DNA from: Thermoplasmatota archaeon
GTDB taxonomy: Archaea > Thermoplasmatota > E2 > JACPAO01 > JAHFTW01
Direction: 5' to 3'
NCBI GenBank assembly: GCA_041601615.1
Contig: JBFIHX010000001.1
Location: 1 to 64,000, forward strand
Length of the DNA: 64,000 nt
This document shows positions 29,423 through 40,207 of this stretch, piece by piece. Both the position numbers and the translations under genes were made by a program. The notes below the pieces were generated by a model that saw nothing but the letters and a program-made list of their open reading frames with translations, was not told the origin of the DNA and did no database searches. Each line of letters opens with the position of its first letter. Position 1 is the stretch's first letter.

Positions 29423-30154
29423 TTACGTCCTCTGGGTGAATACAACAATTGTTTGCCAGCCCAACCAGGCCAGCGCGAGCAAGAGGACAAGAGCCATCGC
29501 CTCCGTTTGAAACGCGGGAATTACTGCCGCCATCGCCGACACGATTGCAATTTGAATGGCATAGTAAAGCGGAATAATAATGACGACTCGCCCAAGTTCT
29601 GCTTGAACCATGGATCCAACGTGACGCATCGCAGCCACCGACTCCTGCTCCAAATCGGCGTACCTCGCAGTAGCCCGCAAAGCCGACCACGGTGCGCGCC
29701 GCGCCTTGGCGCCTCCGGCGAGGAACTTCATTGAGATTTGCCACGCATGCCGGGTGGGCACTTCATCGACTGAGTCTCCCACCAAGGTGCCGCCATCCAT
29801 TGCAGCGATGGTCTGCTGGTGAACGGGCTCGAGCATGTCGACCAAGTTGCGGGCGATGGCCCGCATTTCCGATTGGAGATTCATGTAATAGGCGCCGAAA
29901 ATTGCAATCATGGCCAGCGCACCAGGGATCAGGGCAAGTTGAAAGGACGACGAAGGTGAGAGCCAACCGAGCTTTGATCCCGCCATAAGATCCACGAGGA
30001 AAGCCAAACCAATCAGGAAGCCAATCCGCCAGATGTAGTGCAGAAAGTTCTTGCCCATGGCTGCCAACTCGTTGCCGCCGTCGACCGTATTTGCCGATTG
30101 CATCAAGGCGCTGCCTACGGTGCGGGCGTTATGCCAGGTGGACGGTTCTTTCAT
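29423..30154 (-). CDS. 4-TM membrane protein, cassette-borne
   Basis: 2+2 TM topology; stop lies 12 bp from the attC. Confidence 0.7.
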   Translation of the reverse strand: MKEPSTWHNARTVGSALMQSANTVDGGNELAAMGKNFLHYIWRIGFLIGLAFLVDLMAGSKLGWLSPSSSFQLALIPGALAMIAIFGAYYMNLQSEMRAIARNLVDMLEPVHQQTIAAMDGGTLVGDSVDEVPTRHAWQISMKFLAGGAKARRAPWSALRATARYADLEQESVAAMRHVGSMVQAELGRVVIIIPLYYAIQIAIVSAMAAVIPAFQTEAMALVLLLALAWLGWQTIVVFTQRT

Positions 30155-30215
30155 GCTCTAACAAAGGCGTCACGCCACTTACACTGCTCGCTTCCAGTAT
30201 GGCGCCACGGCCCCC

Positions 30216-30251
30216 GGGGGATAACTCCTACCTCAGCGGTTTTCCCCTCAA
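30216..30251 (-). other. Putative attI-like cassette entry site
   Basis: Minus GTTATCCCCC; 23/29 identity with 4091-4119, including GGTTTTCCCCT. Confidence 0.6.
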
Positions 30252-30413
30252 CCCCCCTCCGTAACCCATACTCCCCAAACCGCCCACATCCCTTCCCCGA
30301 AGCGCCCTTCAATCGAAGCGAGAACTTCATCCAAAACCAGAATCCCATTCAGCCACCGGCCTGTCCGCGCGAAATATCCAAAAAGAAAAAGGAAGAAAAA
30401 AATCGGATGAATT

Positions 30414-30665
30414 CTACGCGCCCGGATCCGCCCATCCCTCTTTCCCAATCATCACGGCGAAGACGCCGAAGCCAACACCCAACACAATCATCAGGATGCC
30501 GAGGATCATGCCGTCGGTGACGACGCTTGCGCCTGCGATGCCGTGTCCGATGAGGCTGCTCATGCTGTAGGTGGTGGTGGCGATGCCGAAGATGCCGATG
30601 GCGACGCCGAGCCAGAGGAAGATGCCTTTGAAGACGCCTGTCTCGCCGTGGTTGTCGTGTTCCAT
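30414..30665 (-). CDS. Small 2-TM membrane protein
   Basis: Two TMs, followed by an oligo-T tract on the minus strand (~30380-30402, terminator-like). Confidence 0.65.
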   Translation of the reverse strand: MEHDNHGETGVFKGIFLWLGVAIGIFGIATTTYSMSSLIGHGIAGASVVTDGMILGILMIVLGVGFGVFAVMIGKEGWADPGA

Positions 30666-30688
30666 GTGCCCTGGCGAGGTGCCGGACT

Positions 30689-31081
30689 TTATGACGATTC
30701 AGGTTGCTCTTCGAGGCGTTGGCCGCCGGCGTAGGCGAATCGGATGGCGACGATGCCTGCGACCATGAGGAGGGCCAGGAATCCGTACAGGACGCCCCAT
30801 TGGTCGCGTGCGTGGCGAGTGACGAGGGCGGCGGCGAGAAGGCAGCTCGTGGCGCAGGCGGTGAGGCCGGAGGCAAGGAGGCCTCGGTGTCGAAGCATGC
30901 GTCGCGGTGGGCCTGGGCTTGCCATCTCGCGTGCTAGGAGTCGGTAGATCCAGGCGCCGAATGCTAGGATGGCGACGAGTCCGAGGCCGACGCCGAAGAT
31001 CCAGCGGCTCCAGCCGTAGACGGCGAGGAGGGCGACGGTGGCGGCGAGGAGGGTCCAGGCGAAGATGCTGGGTCGGTCCAC
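30689..31081 (-). CDS. 4-TM membrane protein
   Basis: Hydrophobic segments; start inferred at GTG 31081. Confidence 0.6.
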   Translation of the reverse strand: MDRPSIFAWTLLAATVALLAVYGWSRWIFGVGLGLVAILAFGAWIYRLLAREMASPGPPRRMLRHRGLLASGLTACATSCLLAAALVTRHARDQWGVLYGFLALLMVAGIVAIRFAYAGGQRLEEQPESS

Positions 31082-31130
31082 GCGGTTGGATTGCACATAC
31101 GCCTTGAAGGGCGCTTGCGTCGGGGGCTTT

Positions 31131-33152
31131 GTGCCCAATCGTCTCGCTTCGGAGCCAAGCCCGTATTTGCGCCAGCACGCGGACAACCCTGTGGATTGGT
31201 GGCCGTGGGGGGAGGCGGCGTTTGCGGAGGCGCGGCGGCGGGATGTTCCGGTGTTTTTGAGCATCGGTTACGCTACGTGTCATTGGTGCCACGTGATGGC
31301 GCACGAGTCGTTTGAGGACGAGGCGGTAGCCGGGCTGATGAACGAGGCTTTTGTGTGCGTCAAGGTGGATCGCGAGGAGCGGCCGGACCTGGATGATGCA
31401 TACATGGCGGTGTGCCAGGCGATGACGGGGCGCGGCGGGTGGCCGTTGACGGTGCTCCTTACGCCGGAAAAGAAGCCGTGGTTTGCGGGGACGTATTTTC
31501 CCAAGGCGTCGCGGGGGCATCATTTGGGCATGATGGATTTGGTTCCGAGGCTCACGGAGGCCTGGGGCACGAAGCGGGAGGATATTGAGGCGCAGGCGGC
31601 CAGCGTTCTACAGCATGTTTCTACGCCTCCGCCCCAGTCGGACGGGGCGATTTTGCCGGATGCGTCGTGGCTGGATGGTGCCTATGAGGCGCTTGTGGCT
31701 CGCTTTGACGCGGAGCATGGCGGGTTCGGTGGGGCGCCCAAGTTTCCGTCGGCGCACAATCTCCTTTGGCTCCTGGATCGCCACCGGGCCTCGGGGGAGT
31801 CGAAGGCGTTGCACATGGTCCAAAAAACGTTGGATGGCATGGCGGCCGGCGGCATGCACGATCATGTTGGGGGCGGTTTTCATCGCTACAGCACGGACGA
31901 GCGGTGGTTCTTGCCGCACTTTGAGAAAATGGCGTATGATCAGGCGATGCTGCTTCGGGCGTATGCGGCGTGTTATGCGGCAACGGGCGATGCGCGGTAT
32001 GCACGCGTCGCCGCCGGCATCGTCCAGTTTTTGGAACGTGACCTGCGCCACTCGGACGGCGGTTTTTTCTCCGCCGAGGACGCGGACGCAGAAGGGGAAG
32101 AGGGCAAGTTTACGGTGTGGAGTTTCCAGGAAATCAAGAAGCTACTCGGGGAGGCGGCAGAACCGTTTGCGGCGGCGCACGGAGCCAGTCCCGAGGGCAA
32201 TTTCCATGACGAATCTACGGGCGCGCCGCAGCCGGACAATGTTTTGTTTTTGCCCGATGGATTCCCGGCCGATGACCGGTGGCAAGCGGAGCGAGCGATT
32301 CTGTTGGAGGCGCGTGAAAAACGGGTGCGGCCCCTGCTCGACGACAAGGTGCTGACGGATTGGAACGGCTTGCTCATCGGCGCCTTGGCGGACGCCTCGG
32401 TGGCGCTTGGGGATGCTCATGCGCTGGAGCTTGCGGAGTCTGCGGCGGGTTTCGTATTGGATAAACTCGTGGTGGGAGGCGAGCTTCGGCACCGCTGGCA
32501 CGAGGGCCGGGTGGATGACAGGGCGTTTGCGGACGATTATGCGTTTCTTGGCGATGGGTTGCTGCGTTTGTTCGAGGCGACCCAGGAGGCTCGGTGGCTC
32601 GTGGCGGCGGTCCCGTTGGCCGAGGCGCTGCTGAACGATTTCCAGGACGCGGCGGGCGGATTCCATCTTGCAGCAGGCGGAGGCGAGCTACCAGTCTCTC
32701 GCGTGGAGGCGTACGATGGTGCGATTCCGGCGGGCAATGCAGTGGCGGCAAGTTTCCTGTGGCGGTTGGGCCGAATGACGGGGCGCTCGGAGTTCGAGGA
32801 GGCGGCCGAGCGCGTTGTTTCGCGGTTCTCGGCGCAATTGGCGCGCCACCCTGGGGCGTTCACGACGCTGTTGGATACGGTGCAGGCGATGCGGGGGGGC
32901 GGCCGGGAGGTCGTTGTGACGGGCAAGGGCGCGGACGCGGTGGCAATGCTCCACATGGCGAGGGCCAACCGCGTGCCTGGGCAAGTGGTTCTTCATCGAA
33001 CAGAGGCCGTCGCGGCGGTTTGTCCGTGGATTAAGAACCATCCGGAGCCCGCGGCGGGTGGGGCGCTTGCGTATGTGTGCCAAGATCGAGCGTGCCAGGC
33101 GCCTGTGGATTCCGTGGACCGTTTGCATCGAGCTTTGCGTCAAAGCCCGTAA
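31131..33152 (+). CDS. Thioredoxin domain protein, YyaL/DUF255 family
   Basis: [40 protein letters not shown]. Confidence 0.95.
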   Translation: MPNRLASEPSPYLRQHADNPVDWWPWGEAAFAEARRRDVPVFLSIGYATCHWCHVMAHESFEDEAVAGLMNEAFVCVKVDREERPDLDDAYMAVCQAMTGRGGWPLTVLLTPEKKPWFAGTYFPKASRGHHLGMMDLVPRLTEAWGTKREDIEAQAASVLQHVSTPPPQSDGAILPDASWLDGAYEALVARFDAEHGGFGGAPKFPSAHNLLWLLDRHRASGESKALHMVQKTLDGMAAGGMHDHVGGGFHRYSTDERWFLPHFEKMAYDQAMLLRAYAACYAATGDARYARVAAGIVQFLERDLRHSDGGFFSAEDADAEGEEGKFTVWSFQEIKKLLGEAAEPFAAAHGASPEGNFHDESTGAPQPDNVLFLPDGFPADDRWQAERAILLEAREKRVRPLLDDKVLTDWNGLLIGALADASVALGDAHALELAESAAGFVLDKLVVGGELRHRWHEGRVDDRAFADDYAFLGDGLLRLFEATQEARWLVAAVPLAEALLNDFQDAAGGFHLAAGGGELPVSRVEAYDGAIPAGNAVAASFLWRLGRMTGRSEFEEAAERVVSRFSAQLARHPGAFTTLLDTVQAMRGGGREVVVTGKGADAVAMLHMARANRVPGQVVLHRTEAVAAVCPWIKNHPEPAAGGALAYVCQDRACQAPVDSVDRLHRALRQSP

Positions 33153-33213
33153 TTCGGCGATCGCTTTCGCGCAGGCGTTTGTTCGACACCATGCAGGTTG
33201 GAGGTGCCTCGAT

Positions 33214-34479
33214 TCACCCATCATGGGACCAGTTGGCAGCGGCCCGCACAGCAGCAAGGTCCGTGGGCTGGGTCATCGCTTTTTCTGCGCAGGCCAATGC
33301 TTTGTGTGCGTGGCGTTTCGAGGCGTTCCGCAACTCTGGATGGCTCGTGGCGGCCAGGGATGCGAGGGCCTTGTGCAGACGCATTTCGACTTCGATGATT
33401 CCTGCGCCGTCCCGTTCGATGGCGGTGAATGCGTCGTCGAAAGCGTCCGCAACGGTGATGCGTGGTACTTCAATTCGGTCGTATTTTTGCTCCGATCCGC
33501 TTGTTTCTGGGAGAGGCGGGTTCCAGAGTACCATCAAGCGTACGATTGCGCCGAGAACCTCGATGGCTGTGCCGGGGTCGTTGATGCCCGGAGAGAGGGC
33601 GCGTCCGGCGATTTCTGAAAGCGCCACGAACCCAAAGCGTGGATCGTCGTCATAGATTCGTTCTCGCCCTATGGTGAAGCTCGCCACCACTTTGTCCTCT
33701 TCGAGCGGATTGGAGCCTGATTGGACGTAGACCAGGGGTCTTCCTGGCGCTACGAACGCACCTGGGAGGGCCGCGACGCGCAGTCGTGCGTTGCATTCTT
33801 CGGCCCATTGTTGCAGTGCGGCAACGTCTACACGCTTGACATACCCCACTTGGTCGCTAAAAATGGCGACTTCGCCCAATTGCACGGGTTTTGCCTCGGC
33901 TCCGAATAAGGTGGGTGCCTTGGCGCGTTTTTGCAGAGCGGCGGCCGTGGCTGTTTCCACTTTTTTGATGGTTTCGCTCACGCGCCCCAGCCGAGCAATT
34001 TTATCGACCCAACGCAAAAACATCAATATCACGATTGCAAATACTATTATTGTAAATGAATAGAGGATGGTGAGGCCGGTGTGGTGGTAATAGTCATTTT
34101 TTACGGCGGTGAGGCCTACTATGCTAAAGATGAATGCGCCAACGAATCCGGCAAGTGCATTCTGGGAACTATCGTCGGCGATTATCAGGGCAAACGATCG
34201 GGGGGTTGCGGAGTTGCTGGCGGATGCGTAGGCGGAAATCATGGAAGCGACCGCGAAGGTTGCAATGACGAGCATGCTGGCGGCCATGATGGATAGGAGC
34301 GATGCGACGGAGTCAGCGCTTACGTGCGGGATGTTTGAGAGAAAATTTGTAGGATCCAGTAGCTTCGCTACAAATACAGACCCCAGTGAAAGGATGCAAA
34401 TGGCTACGGGTCGTGCCCATAGGCGTTCACGCAAGCGGTTGAGGGCGAATGTGATGCGTTCTTGGAATTCGAAGGACAT
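33214..34479 (-). CDS. DUF2254 membrane protein
   Basis: ASNSATPRSF, DPRFG, RALSPGINDPGTA; lower GC than the flanks. Confidence 0.9.
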   Translation of the reverse strand: MSFEFQERITFALNRLRERLWARPVAICILSLGSVFVAKLLDPTNFLSNIPHVSADSVASLLSIMAASMLVIATFAVASMISAYASASNSATPRSFALIIADDSSQNALAGFVGAFIFSIVGLTAVKNDYYHHTGLTILYSFTIIVFAIVILMFLRWVDKIARLGRVSETIKKVETATAAALQKRAKAPTLFGAEAKPVQLGEVAIFSDQVGYVKRVDVAALQQWAEECNARLRVAALPGAFVAPGRPLVYVQSGSNPLEEDKVVASFTIGRERIYDDDPRFGFVALSEIAGRALSPGINDPGTAIEVLGAIVRLMVLWNPPLPETSGSEQKYDRIEVPRITVADAFDDAFTAIERDGAGIIEVEMRLHKALASLAATSHPELRNASKRHAHKALACAEKAMTQPTDLAAVRAAANWSHDG

Positions 34480-34683
34480 TCGGGCCTCAGTGTGGGGCTG
34501 GAGGCCGTACGCTGATTGTCCCTCCTAAGATGTCGCGTGGTTATGGGGCGTGTTGGCCGTGGATTCTGCGCTGATTGCGGCGCAGCCGGGGTGGCACATT
34601 TCGTAGTGTCTTGCCGCCGACGAGGGTTGAGGCTCCGTTCTTGATGGGTGTGGAACTTGGGATGCAATGCGGGCGGAGTTTGG

Positions 34684-35058
34684 CTAGTTTTTGCCGGCCA
34701 GCGCTCGCACTCGGGCTTCGATTTCGTCGCGAACGCGTCGAAACTCGGCAAGCGGTTGTCCCACGGGGTCGTCGAGGCCCCAGTCTTCGTCGGTGTGGAG
34801 TGCGGGGCAGCTTTCGGCGACTCCGCAGCCCATGGTGATGGTTCGGTCCCAGGTGTCGAGGGTGTCCCAGTCGAGTAGTTTGGGCGTGTGGGTGCTGATG
34901 TCGATGCCGCGTTCGGCCATGACTGCGATGGCGTTGCGGCTGACGCTGGGGGCTGGTTTGGTGCCGGCACTGGCGGTTTCGAGGCCAAGGTGGCGTGCAA
35001 ATCCCTCTGCCATTTGGCTGCGGCAGGAGTTTCCCACACAGACAAACAGGACCTTCAC
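34684..35058 (-). CDS. arsC: Arsenate reductase (LMW-PTP family)
   Basis: VLFVCVGNSCRSQMAEG, TMGCG, DWGLDDP. Confidence 0.92.
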   Translation of the reverse strand: MKVLFVCVGNSCRSQMAEGFARHLGLETASAGTKPAPSVSRNAIAVMAERGIDISTHTPKLLDWDTLDTWDRTITMGCGVAESCPALHTDEDWGLDDPVGQPLAEFRRVRDEIEARVRALAGKN

Positions 35059-35741
35059 GCAGTCGCCTCCTTGGCGCGGCGCTCGGGTTTGCTTGCGCGA
35101 CGAATCTGTTCGTAGAGGTAGGCGCCTGCGAGTGCTCCGAGCACGGGGGCGAGCAGGTAGCCCCAAAGGTGCGCAAGGTCGCCGGACACGAGTGCGGGGC
35201 CGAGGCTGCGGGCGGGGTTCATGCTTGCGCCGGTGAGGGGGCCGCCCCAGAGGGCGTCGAGTGCGACGGTGGCGCCGATGGCGCTGCCGGCCATGGTGCC
35301 GACGGCGCGTCCGTCGGTGGCAACACTTGCGATGACGAACATCAGTGTGGCAGTCAGCAGAAATTCGATGAGGAGCCAGCCGGGGGATTCTACGAGGCTG
35401 CTGGGGTGGGTGCTTCCGAGTTCGGCGACGTTGCCGAGGCTCCAGCGAAGTACGGCGGCGGCAAGTAGGGCGCCTGCGATTTGGGCTGTGATGTAGCTGG
35501 GGGCGCGTCGCCAGGGAAAGTGGCCGGTGGCGGCGAAGGCGATGGTGACGGCGGGGTTGAAGTGGGCGCCGCTGAGGTGTCCGGTGGCGTAGATCATGGC
35601 GCCGACGATGAGGCCGAAGACGGCGGCGATGCCGACGGTTCCGAGGGCTTGGGTTTGGGCGTCGACTATGATGGCGCCGCAGCCGGCAAGCACGAGGGCG
35701 AAGGTGCCGGTGGCTTCTGCGAGTTCTGCGCCGAGTTTCAT
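35055..35741 (-). CDS. MIP/aquaglyceroporin (probable arsenite channel)
   Basis: SGAHFNPAVT and GASMNPARS (two NPA motifs), located between arsR and arsC. Confidence 0.92.
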   Translation of the reverse strand: MKLGAELAEATGTFALVLAGCGAIIVDAQTQALGTVGIAAVFGLIVGAMIYATGHLSGAHFNPAVTIAFAATGHFPWRRAPSYITAQIAGALLAAAVLRWSLGNVAELGSTHPSSLVESPGWLLIEFLLTATLMFVIASVATDGRAVGTMAGSAIGATVALDALWGGPLTGASMNPARSLGPALVSGDLAHLWGYLLAPVLGALAGAYLYEQIRRASKPERRAKEATA

Positions 35742-36046
35742 GCACAAGCCTCGCATTGGGGCAGGTGTTGGGCGGCGCCTTGGATGGCGGTCAGGACCGT
35801 GGCGACGGACTCGTGGGCGAGTCGGTAGCGGTTTTGTTTGCCGTCGCGTTCGAACACCACGAGGCCGCAGTCGCGCAGTTGCCGTAGGTGGTGGCTGATG
35901 TTGCTTTGGGAGTGTCCGGTCGCTTCTACGAGTTCGGAAACGGAGCATTGGCCCGCGTGCAAGTGTTGCAGGAGGGTGTGTCGTGTTGGTTCAGCCAAGC
36001 ACGCGACAAACAAGTCCTGATTCATATGATTGGCTATTTGTTTCAT
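35738..36046 (-). CDS. arsR: ArsR/SmtB transcriptional regulator
   Basis: LAEPTR, SQSNISHHL..LRDCGLV, C-terminal CxxC. Confidence 0.88.
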   Translation of the reverse strand: MKQIANHMNQDLFVACLAEPTRHTLLQHLHAGQCSVSELVEATGHSQSNISHHLRQLRDCGLVVFERDGKQNRYRLAHESVATVLTAIQGAAQHLPQCEACA

Positions 36047-36108
36047 GATTTGAGGTTGCTGGCGGCTCGGGGGCGCAAACGCTAAGGCGCGGACATCAAA
36101 CTAACAGC

Positions 36109-36957
36109 ATGGCGCGGCACGTCCTGGTCATCGAGGGCGGGGGCATGAAGGCGGCCTACGCAAACGGTGTACTGAGTGCCTTCGAGGAGACTGGTTATGC
36201 GCCTTGGCATGCCGTGGTGGGCACCAGCGCGGGCGGCGCACTTGCTGCTTGGTATAGTGCTGGGCAGGCGGCGTATGCCGAGGGAACTTGGGCGTATGCT
36301 CGTGATGCGCGCATTCTGAGTTATCGACGCGCTGCCATGGGTCGGGGGCCGTTGTTGGATCACGAAGCACTCTTGGACATCGTGTACACGCAAGAGATGC
36401 CGTTGAATCTTGCTCGATTGCGTCGCGCTAAGTGGCCCGTCATTGTCACTGCGGCGGAAGTGGAAACGGGCGCCATTCGGTATGTGGATGTGCGCAACGA
36501 CGATGCCATTGCGTGGCTCAAAGCGACGGGGCGCCTACCGTTTGCCGCTGGTCCGCCCGTGCGCATTGATGGCCGGGACCACATTGATGGCGGAACAATT
36601 GATCCGATTCCCGTGCGGTATGCAGTGGAGGAATTGGGTGCCACACAAGTGACACTTTTGTTGAACAAACAGGCTGGCAAGAAGCGCCCTGATCCGCGTC
36701 TCGTCGTGGGCTTGGCTGGCCGTAGGTATCCGGCGCTGCGCGACGGGATTGTGCGCCACAGCGAAATCAAGAGCGAGGCCATGGAGTATGCACAAGCGCC
36801 GCCCAAAGGTGTCCGGGTCAACATCATTCGTCCAAGTTTGCCCACGAAACTGCATCGATTGAGCCGGGATTTGGCGGCGATCAACGACGCGATTCGACTG
36901 GGCCGCAACGATGGGGCTCAGTTTGTGCAGAATGCTGCTCAGGATAGGCGAAACTGA
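36109..36957 (+). CDS. Patatin-like phospholipase
   Basis: EGGGMKAAY, GTSAG, DGG. Confidence 0.92.
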   Translation: MARHVLVIEGGGMKAAYANGVLSAFEETGYAPWHAVVGTSAGGALAAWYSAGQAAYAEGTWAYARDARILSYRRAAMGRGPLLDHEALLDIVYTQEMPLNLARLRRAKWPVIVTAAEVETGAIRYVDVRNDDAIAWLKATGRLPFAAGPPVRIDGRDHIDGGTIDPIPVRYAVEELGATQVTLLLNKQAGKKRPDPRLVVGLAGRRYPALRDGIVRHSEIKSEAMEYAQAPPKGVRVNIIRPSLPTKLHRLSRDLAAINDAIRLGRNDGAQFVQNAAQDRRN

Positions 36958-37910
36958 GCCACGTCCTGCGGCTGGCCTGAGAGCACAGCCAGCGCGATGT
37001 CCCGCGTGCATTCGTACCGCCGTTGCAGGGTTGCTTCGTTGTGTGCGCCCAGATGCGGTGTAAGAAGTGCCTGGGGTAGGTCCTGAAATCGATGCAAGTC
37101 TGGGCACTGGGGTTCGCGGGGGAGCACGTCGGCGGCGTACCCGGCGAGCCGTCCGCTGCGCAAGGCGTCCTCCACGGCGGCTTGATCCACGATATCTCCT
37201 CGGGCGGTGTTCACGAGCAACGCACCGGCCGGCAGGAGCGCGAGACGATTTGCGTCCATGAGGTATCGCGTGGAGTCCAAGAGGGGAATGTGCAGGGTCA
37301 ACACGTCGCTGCGAGCCAGGAGTTCCGGCAGTTCGACGTATTCGACCGAGAGCGCAGCGTCGGGGGCAATGTCGTGGGCGAGTACCTGTGCTCCCATGGC
37401 CTGAAGCATCCGAACCACGGCGCTCCCGATGCGCCCGGTGCCCAGAACGCCGATGGTCACGTCTTCCAAATCGCGGCCCACGAAGGGTGCGCGGGTCCAT
37501 GAGTCCGTGTGCAGCCTTTGGTTGGCTTCTGGAATTCGGCGAAGGAGGCTCAAAACAAACGCAATGGCCAATCTGGCTACGGAATTCGTGGCATAGCCTT
37601 CGAGGTGGTACGCTTGGATTTCGTGCGCGCGAAGCGCCTCCAGGGGCAGGTGGTCGAAGCCGTCGCTGCGCGTAATGACTGCTTCCAGATTCGGCGCCTC
37701 TGCCAGATTGGACACATCGATGTGGTCATGGATGGTCACTGCCCAAACGCGAGCATCCGGCGGCGGGTTGGCTCCCGGAATCCCTTCCGTTGTGGCCGTG
37801 GCGCCCGGGAGCAGCCGTGCCACGAGCTTGGCGTCGTGCTTCGGCACCGAACAAAGCCACAATCCGCGCCCATCCATGCAAAGGCCAAAGGACGGGTCAT
37901 GATAGTCCAA
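36939..37910 (-). CDS. D-isomer-specific 2-hydroxyacid dehydrogenase
   Basis: RSDGFDH, GVLGTGRIG, VNTARG, DV...EP, TPHLG. Start uncertain. Confidence 0.9.
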   Translation of the reverse strand: MDYHDPSFGLCMDGRGLWLCSVPKHDAKLVARLLPGATATTEGIPGANPPPDARVWAVTIHDHIDVSNLAEAPNLEAVITRSDGFDHLPLEALRAHEIQAYHLEGYATNSVARLAIAFVLSLLRRIPEANQRLHTDSWTRAPFVGRDLEDVTIGVLGTGRIGSAVVRMLQAMGAQVLAHDIAPDAALSVEYVELPELLARSDVLTLHIPLLDSTRYLMDANRLALLPAGALLVNTARGDIVDQAAVEDALRSGRLAGYAADVLPREPQCPDLHRFQDLPQALLTPHLGAHNEATLQRRYECTRDIALAVLSGQPQDVAQFRLS

Positions 37911-38006
37911 CCCTTCCGCCCATGTCCAAAATCAGACATAAATGACCGACCTTGGCGACTCAGTGGCACAGGAGTTATGATGGATGCGGCGACGTAGGGG
38001 AGACAG

Positions 38007-38984
38007 ATGGCCAAGGCCAGCATCATCGGCGCCCGTGGATACCTCGGGCGAGAACTCATCCGCATCCTCCTCGACCACCCCAACGTGGACACCATCGTCC
38101 CAGCCAGCCGCAGCAACGCCGGCACCTTGGTAGGCGACGAAATTCCCAGCCTCGGGCACGTCCGGACCCTGAAATTCGTAGACCACGACCATCAAGACGT
38201 ACTCGACAGCGACATCGTGTTCCTCGCCACCCCTGCCGGGGAAGCCGCAGCGTTCGCCGCCCGCCACAGAGAGGCCGGCGCCACCGTGGTCGACCTTAGC
38301 CGCGACCACCGCCTCCAAGCCCTGCGCGGCGAAGCGCCCTGGACCTACGGCTGGGCCGACATCGCCCCCGTGGCCAAAGGCGCCACACACATCGCCAACC
38401 CCGGTTGCTACCCCACCGCCTCCATGCTCGCCCTCGCACCCGCCCTCAAAGCTGGCCTCGTCGGCCCCGGCGCCATCATCGTCGACGGCAAAAGCGGCGT
38501 CAGCGGCGCCGGCGTCAACCCCCAACCACACCTCCACTACCCCGAGATGAACGAATCCGTGACCGCCTACAAAGTCCTAGGACACGACCACACACACGAA
38601 ATCCGCGCCGCATCCACCAAGATCGCCGGAACCGACCGCCCCGTGCGCTTCACGCCCCACCTCGTGCCTCAAACACGGGGCCTGCTTGCCACAGTCTACG
38701 CGCCCGCCACCTCCGGCACCACGGCCGAGCGCCTGAAGGAAACCTACGCCTCTGCCTACGCCGACAGCGCCTTCGTGCGCATGGCCGGAGAAGCCAACAC
38801 GGGCCACGTTCGCGGCAGCAACCACGCCGTCGTCGCCGTAGACCACGATCCCGAAACCGGCCTCATCATTGCCCGTGGCGCCATTGACAACCTCCTCAAA
38901 GGCGGAAGCGGAATCGCCGTCCAAAACATGAACAGTGCCAAGGGCTGGAAATCCAATCTAGGACTCGGAGGTGGTGCCGCATGA
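38007..38984 (+). CDS. argC: N-acetyl-gamma-glutamyl-phosphate reductase
   Basis: GARGYLG, IANPGCYPT, SGVSGAG, IDNLLKG. Confidence 0.95.
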   Translation: MAKASIIGARGYLGRELIRILLDHPNVDTIVPASRSNAGTLVGDEIPSLGHVRTLKFVDHDHQDVLDSDIVFLATPAGEAAAFAARHREAGATVVDLSRDHRLQALRGEAPWTYGWADIAPVAKGATHIANPGCYPTASMLALAPALKAGLVGPGAIIVDGKSGVSGAGVNPQPHLHYPEMNESVTAYKVLGHDHTHEIRAASTKIAGTDRPVRFTPHLVPQTRGLLATVYAPATSGTTAERLKETYASAYADSAFVRMAGEANTGHVRGSNHAVVAVDHDPETGLIIARGAIDNLLKGGSGIAVQNMNSAKGWKSNLGLGGGAA

Positions 38985-40207
38985 GCCCCCACCTCGCAGC
39001 CTCCCACGGCCTCCTTGCCGTCCCCGGCATCCGCGCCATGGGTGTCCGCGCCGGCCTCAAAAAGGACCGCCCCGACGTGGCCGTCATCGCAAGCTCCGGA
39101 CTCAACACCACCGCCGCTGCCGTCTTCACCCAGAACGCTTTCGCCGCCGCGCCCGTGCACGTCAGCCGCCAACACGTGGCCGACGGCGACATCCGCGCCA
39201 TTGTTGTGAACTCCGGCAACGCCAATGCCTGCACCGGCCGACAAGGCCTACGAGACGCATTGCGCATGGCCAAAGTCACCGCCGACGAACTCGGCATCAA
39301 ACCAGAACAAGTTCTCGTCTGCAGCACCGGCCGCATCGGCATCCCCCTGCCCATCCACAAGGTCGAAGTCGGCATCCTCGACTGCATCGCACGCCTCGAC
39401 GACGCCGTCGGCAGTGAAGTCGCCAACGCCATCCTCACCACCGACAACGGCCCCAAGGAAGCCAGCCGAAAATTCATGGTCGGCGACCTCGAATACACCC
39501 TGGCAGGCATCTGCAAAGGCGCTGGGATGATCCACCCCAACATGGCAACGATGCTCGCCTTCCTCGTCACAGACGCCACGATACCCGCCCCCGCCCTCCG
39601 CCAGGCGCTTGCCCACGCAGCCGACCGCAGCTTCAACCAAATCAGCGTCGACGGGGACGAAAGCACCAACGACACCGCCGCGTTCCTCGCCACCGGCGTC
39701 CACAAAGGCCCCGAACTCAACCCCAAACACCCCGACTGGCAAGGATTCCTAGACACAGTCACCGGCCTCTGCCAAGACCTCGCAAAGCAAATCGCCGCCG
39801 ACGGAGAAGGAGCCACCAAACTCATCCACATCACCGTCGAAGGCGCACCCTCGGACCGCGAAGCACGCATCGTCGCCCGCGCCATCGGCAGCAGCAGCCT
39901 CGTCAAATCCGCCATCCACGGCAGCGACCCCAACTGGGGCCGCATCGTCAGCGCCATGGGCCAAAGCCGTGTGCCCCTGACGCCCGCAAACGTCGACGTA
40001 GCGCTTGGCGACCTTGTCCACTCCGTCCCCGTGCTCGAATCCGGCGAACCCGTACCCGACGGAGCCCTCGAAGCCGCCCGCGCCCGCATGCAAGGAAGCG
40101 ACGTAGCCATCCGCGTCCACATGCACGGCGGCACCGGCACCGGACAAGCCTGGGGCTGCGACCTCACCGAAGACTACGTCGTCTTCAACTCCGCCTACAC
40201 GACGTGA
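38981..40207 (+). CDS. argJ: Ornithine acetyltransferase / N-acetylglutamate synthase
   Basis: NSGNANACTG, KGAGMIHPNMATML, DGDESTNDT, DGEGATK. Confidence 0.97.
   Translation: MSPHLAASHGLLAVPGIRAMGVRAGLKKDRPDVAVIASSGLNTTAAAVFTQNAFAAAPVHVSRQHVADGDIRAIVVNSGNANACTGRQGLRDALRMAKVTADELGIKPEQVLVCSTGRIGIPLPIHKVEVGILDCIARLDDAVGSEVANAILTTDNGPKEASRKFMVGDLEYTLAGICKGAGMIHPNMATMLAFLVTDATIPAPALRQALAHAADRSFNQISVDGDESTNDTAAFLATGVHKGPELNPKHPDWQGFLDTVTGLCQDLAKQIAADGEGATKLIHITVEGAPSDREARIVARAIGSSSLVKSAIHGSDPNWGRIVSAMGQSRVPLTPANVDVALGDLVHSVPVLESGEPVPDGALEAARARMQGSDVAIRVHMHGGTGTGQAWGCDLTEDYVVFNSAYTT

Larger units (their letters stand above)
28127..30225 (-). mobile_element. Integron-type cassette array 2 (2 cassettes, decayed attC sites)
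   Basis: Two attC-family sites. Boundary pairs 28184-28193/29341-29350 match 8/10 and 29404-29413/30216-30225 match 9/10. Confidence 0.75.

Noticed and set aside
33150-34560. DUF2254 gene as a fossil cassette (TTTGTTCGACACC at ~33178)
   Set aside because: It has lower GC and a vague R''-like end, but no attC stem and only a ~6/10 boundary match.
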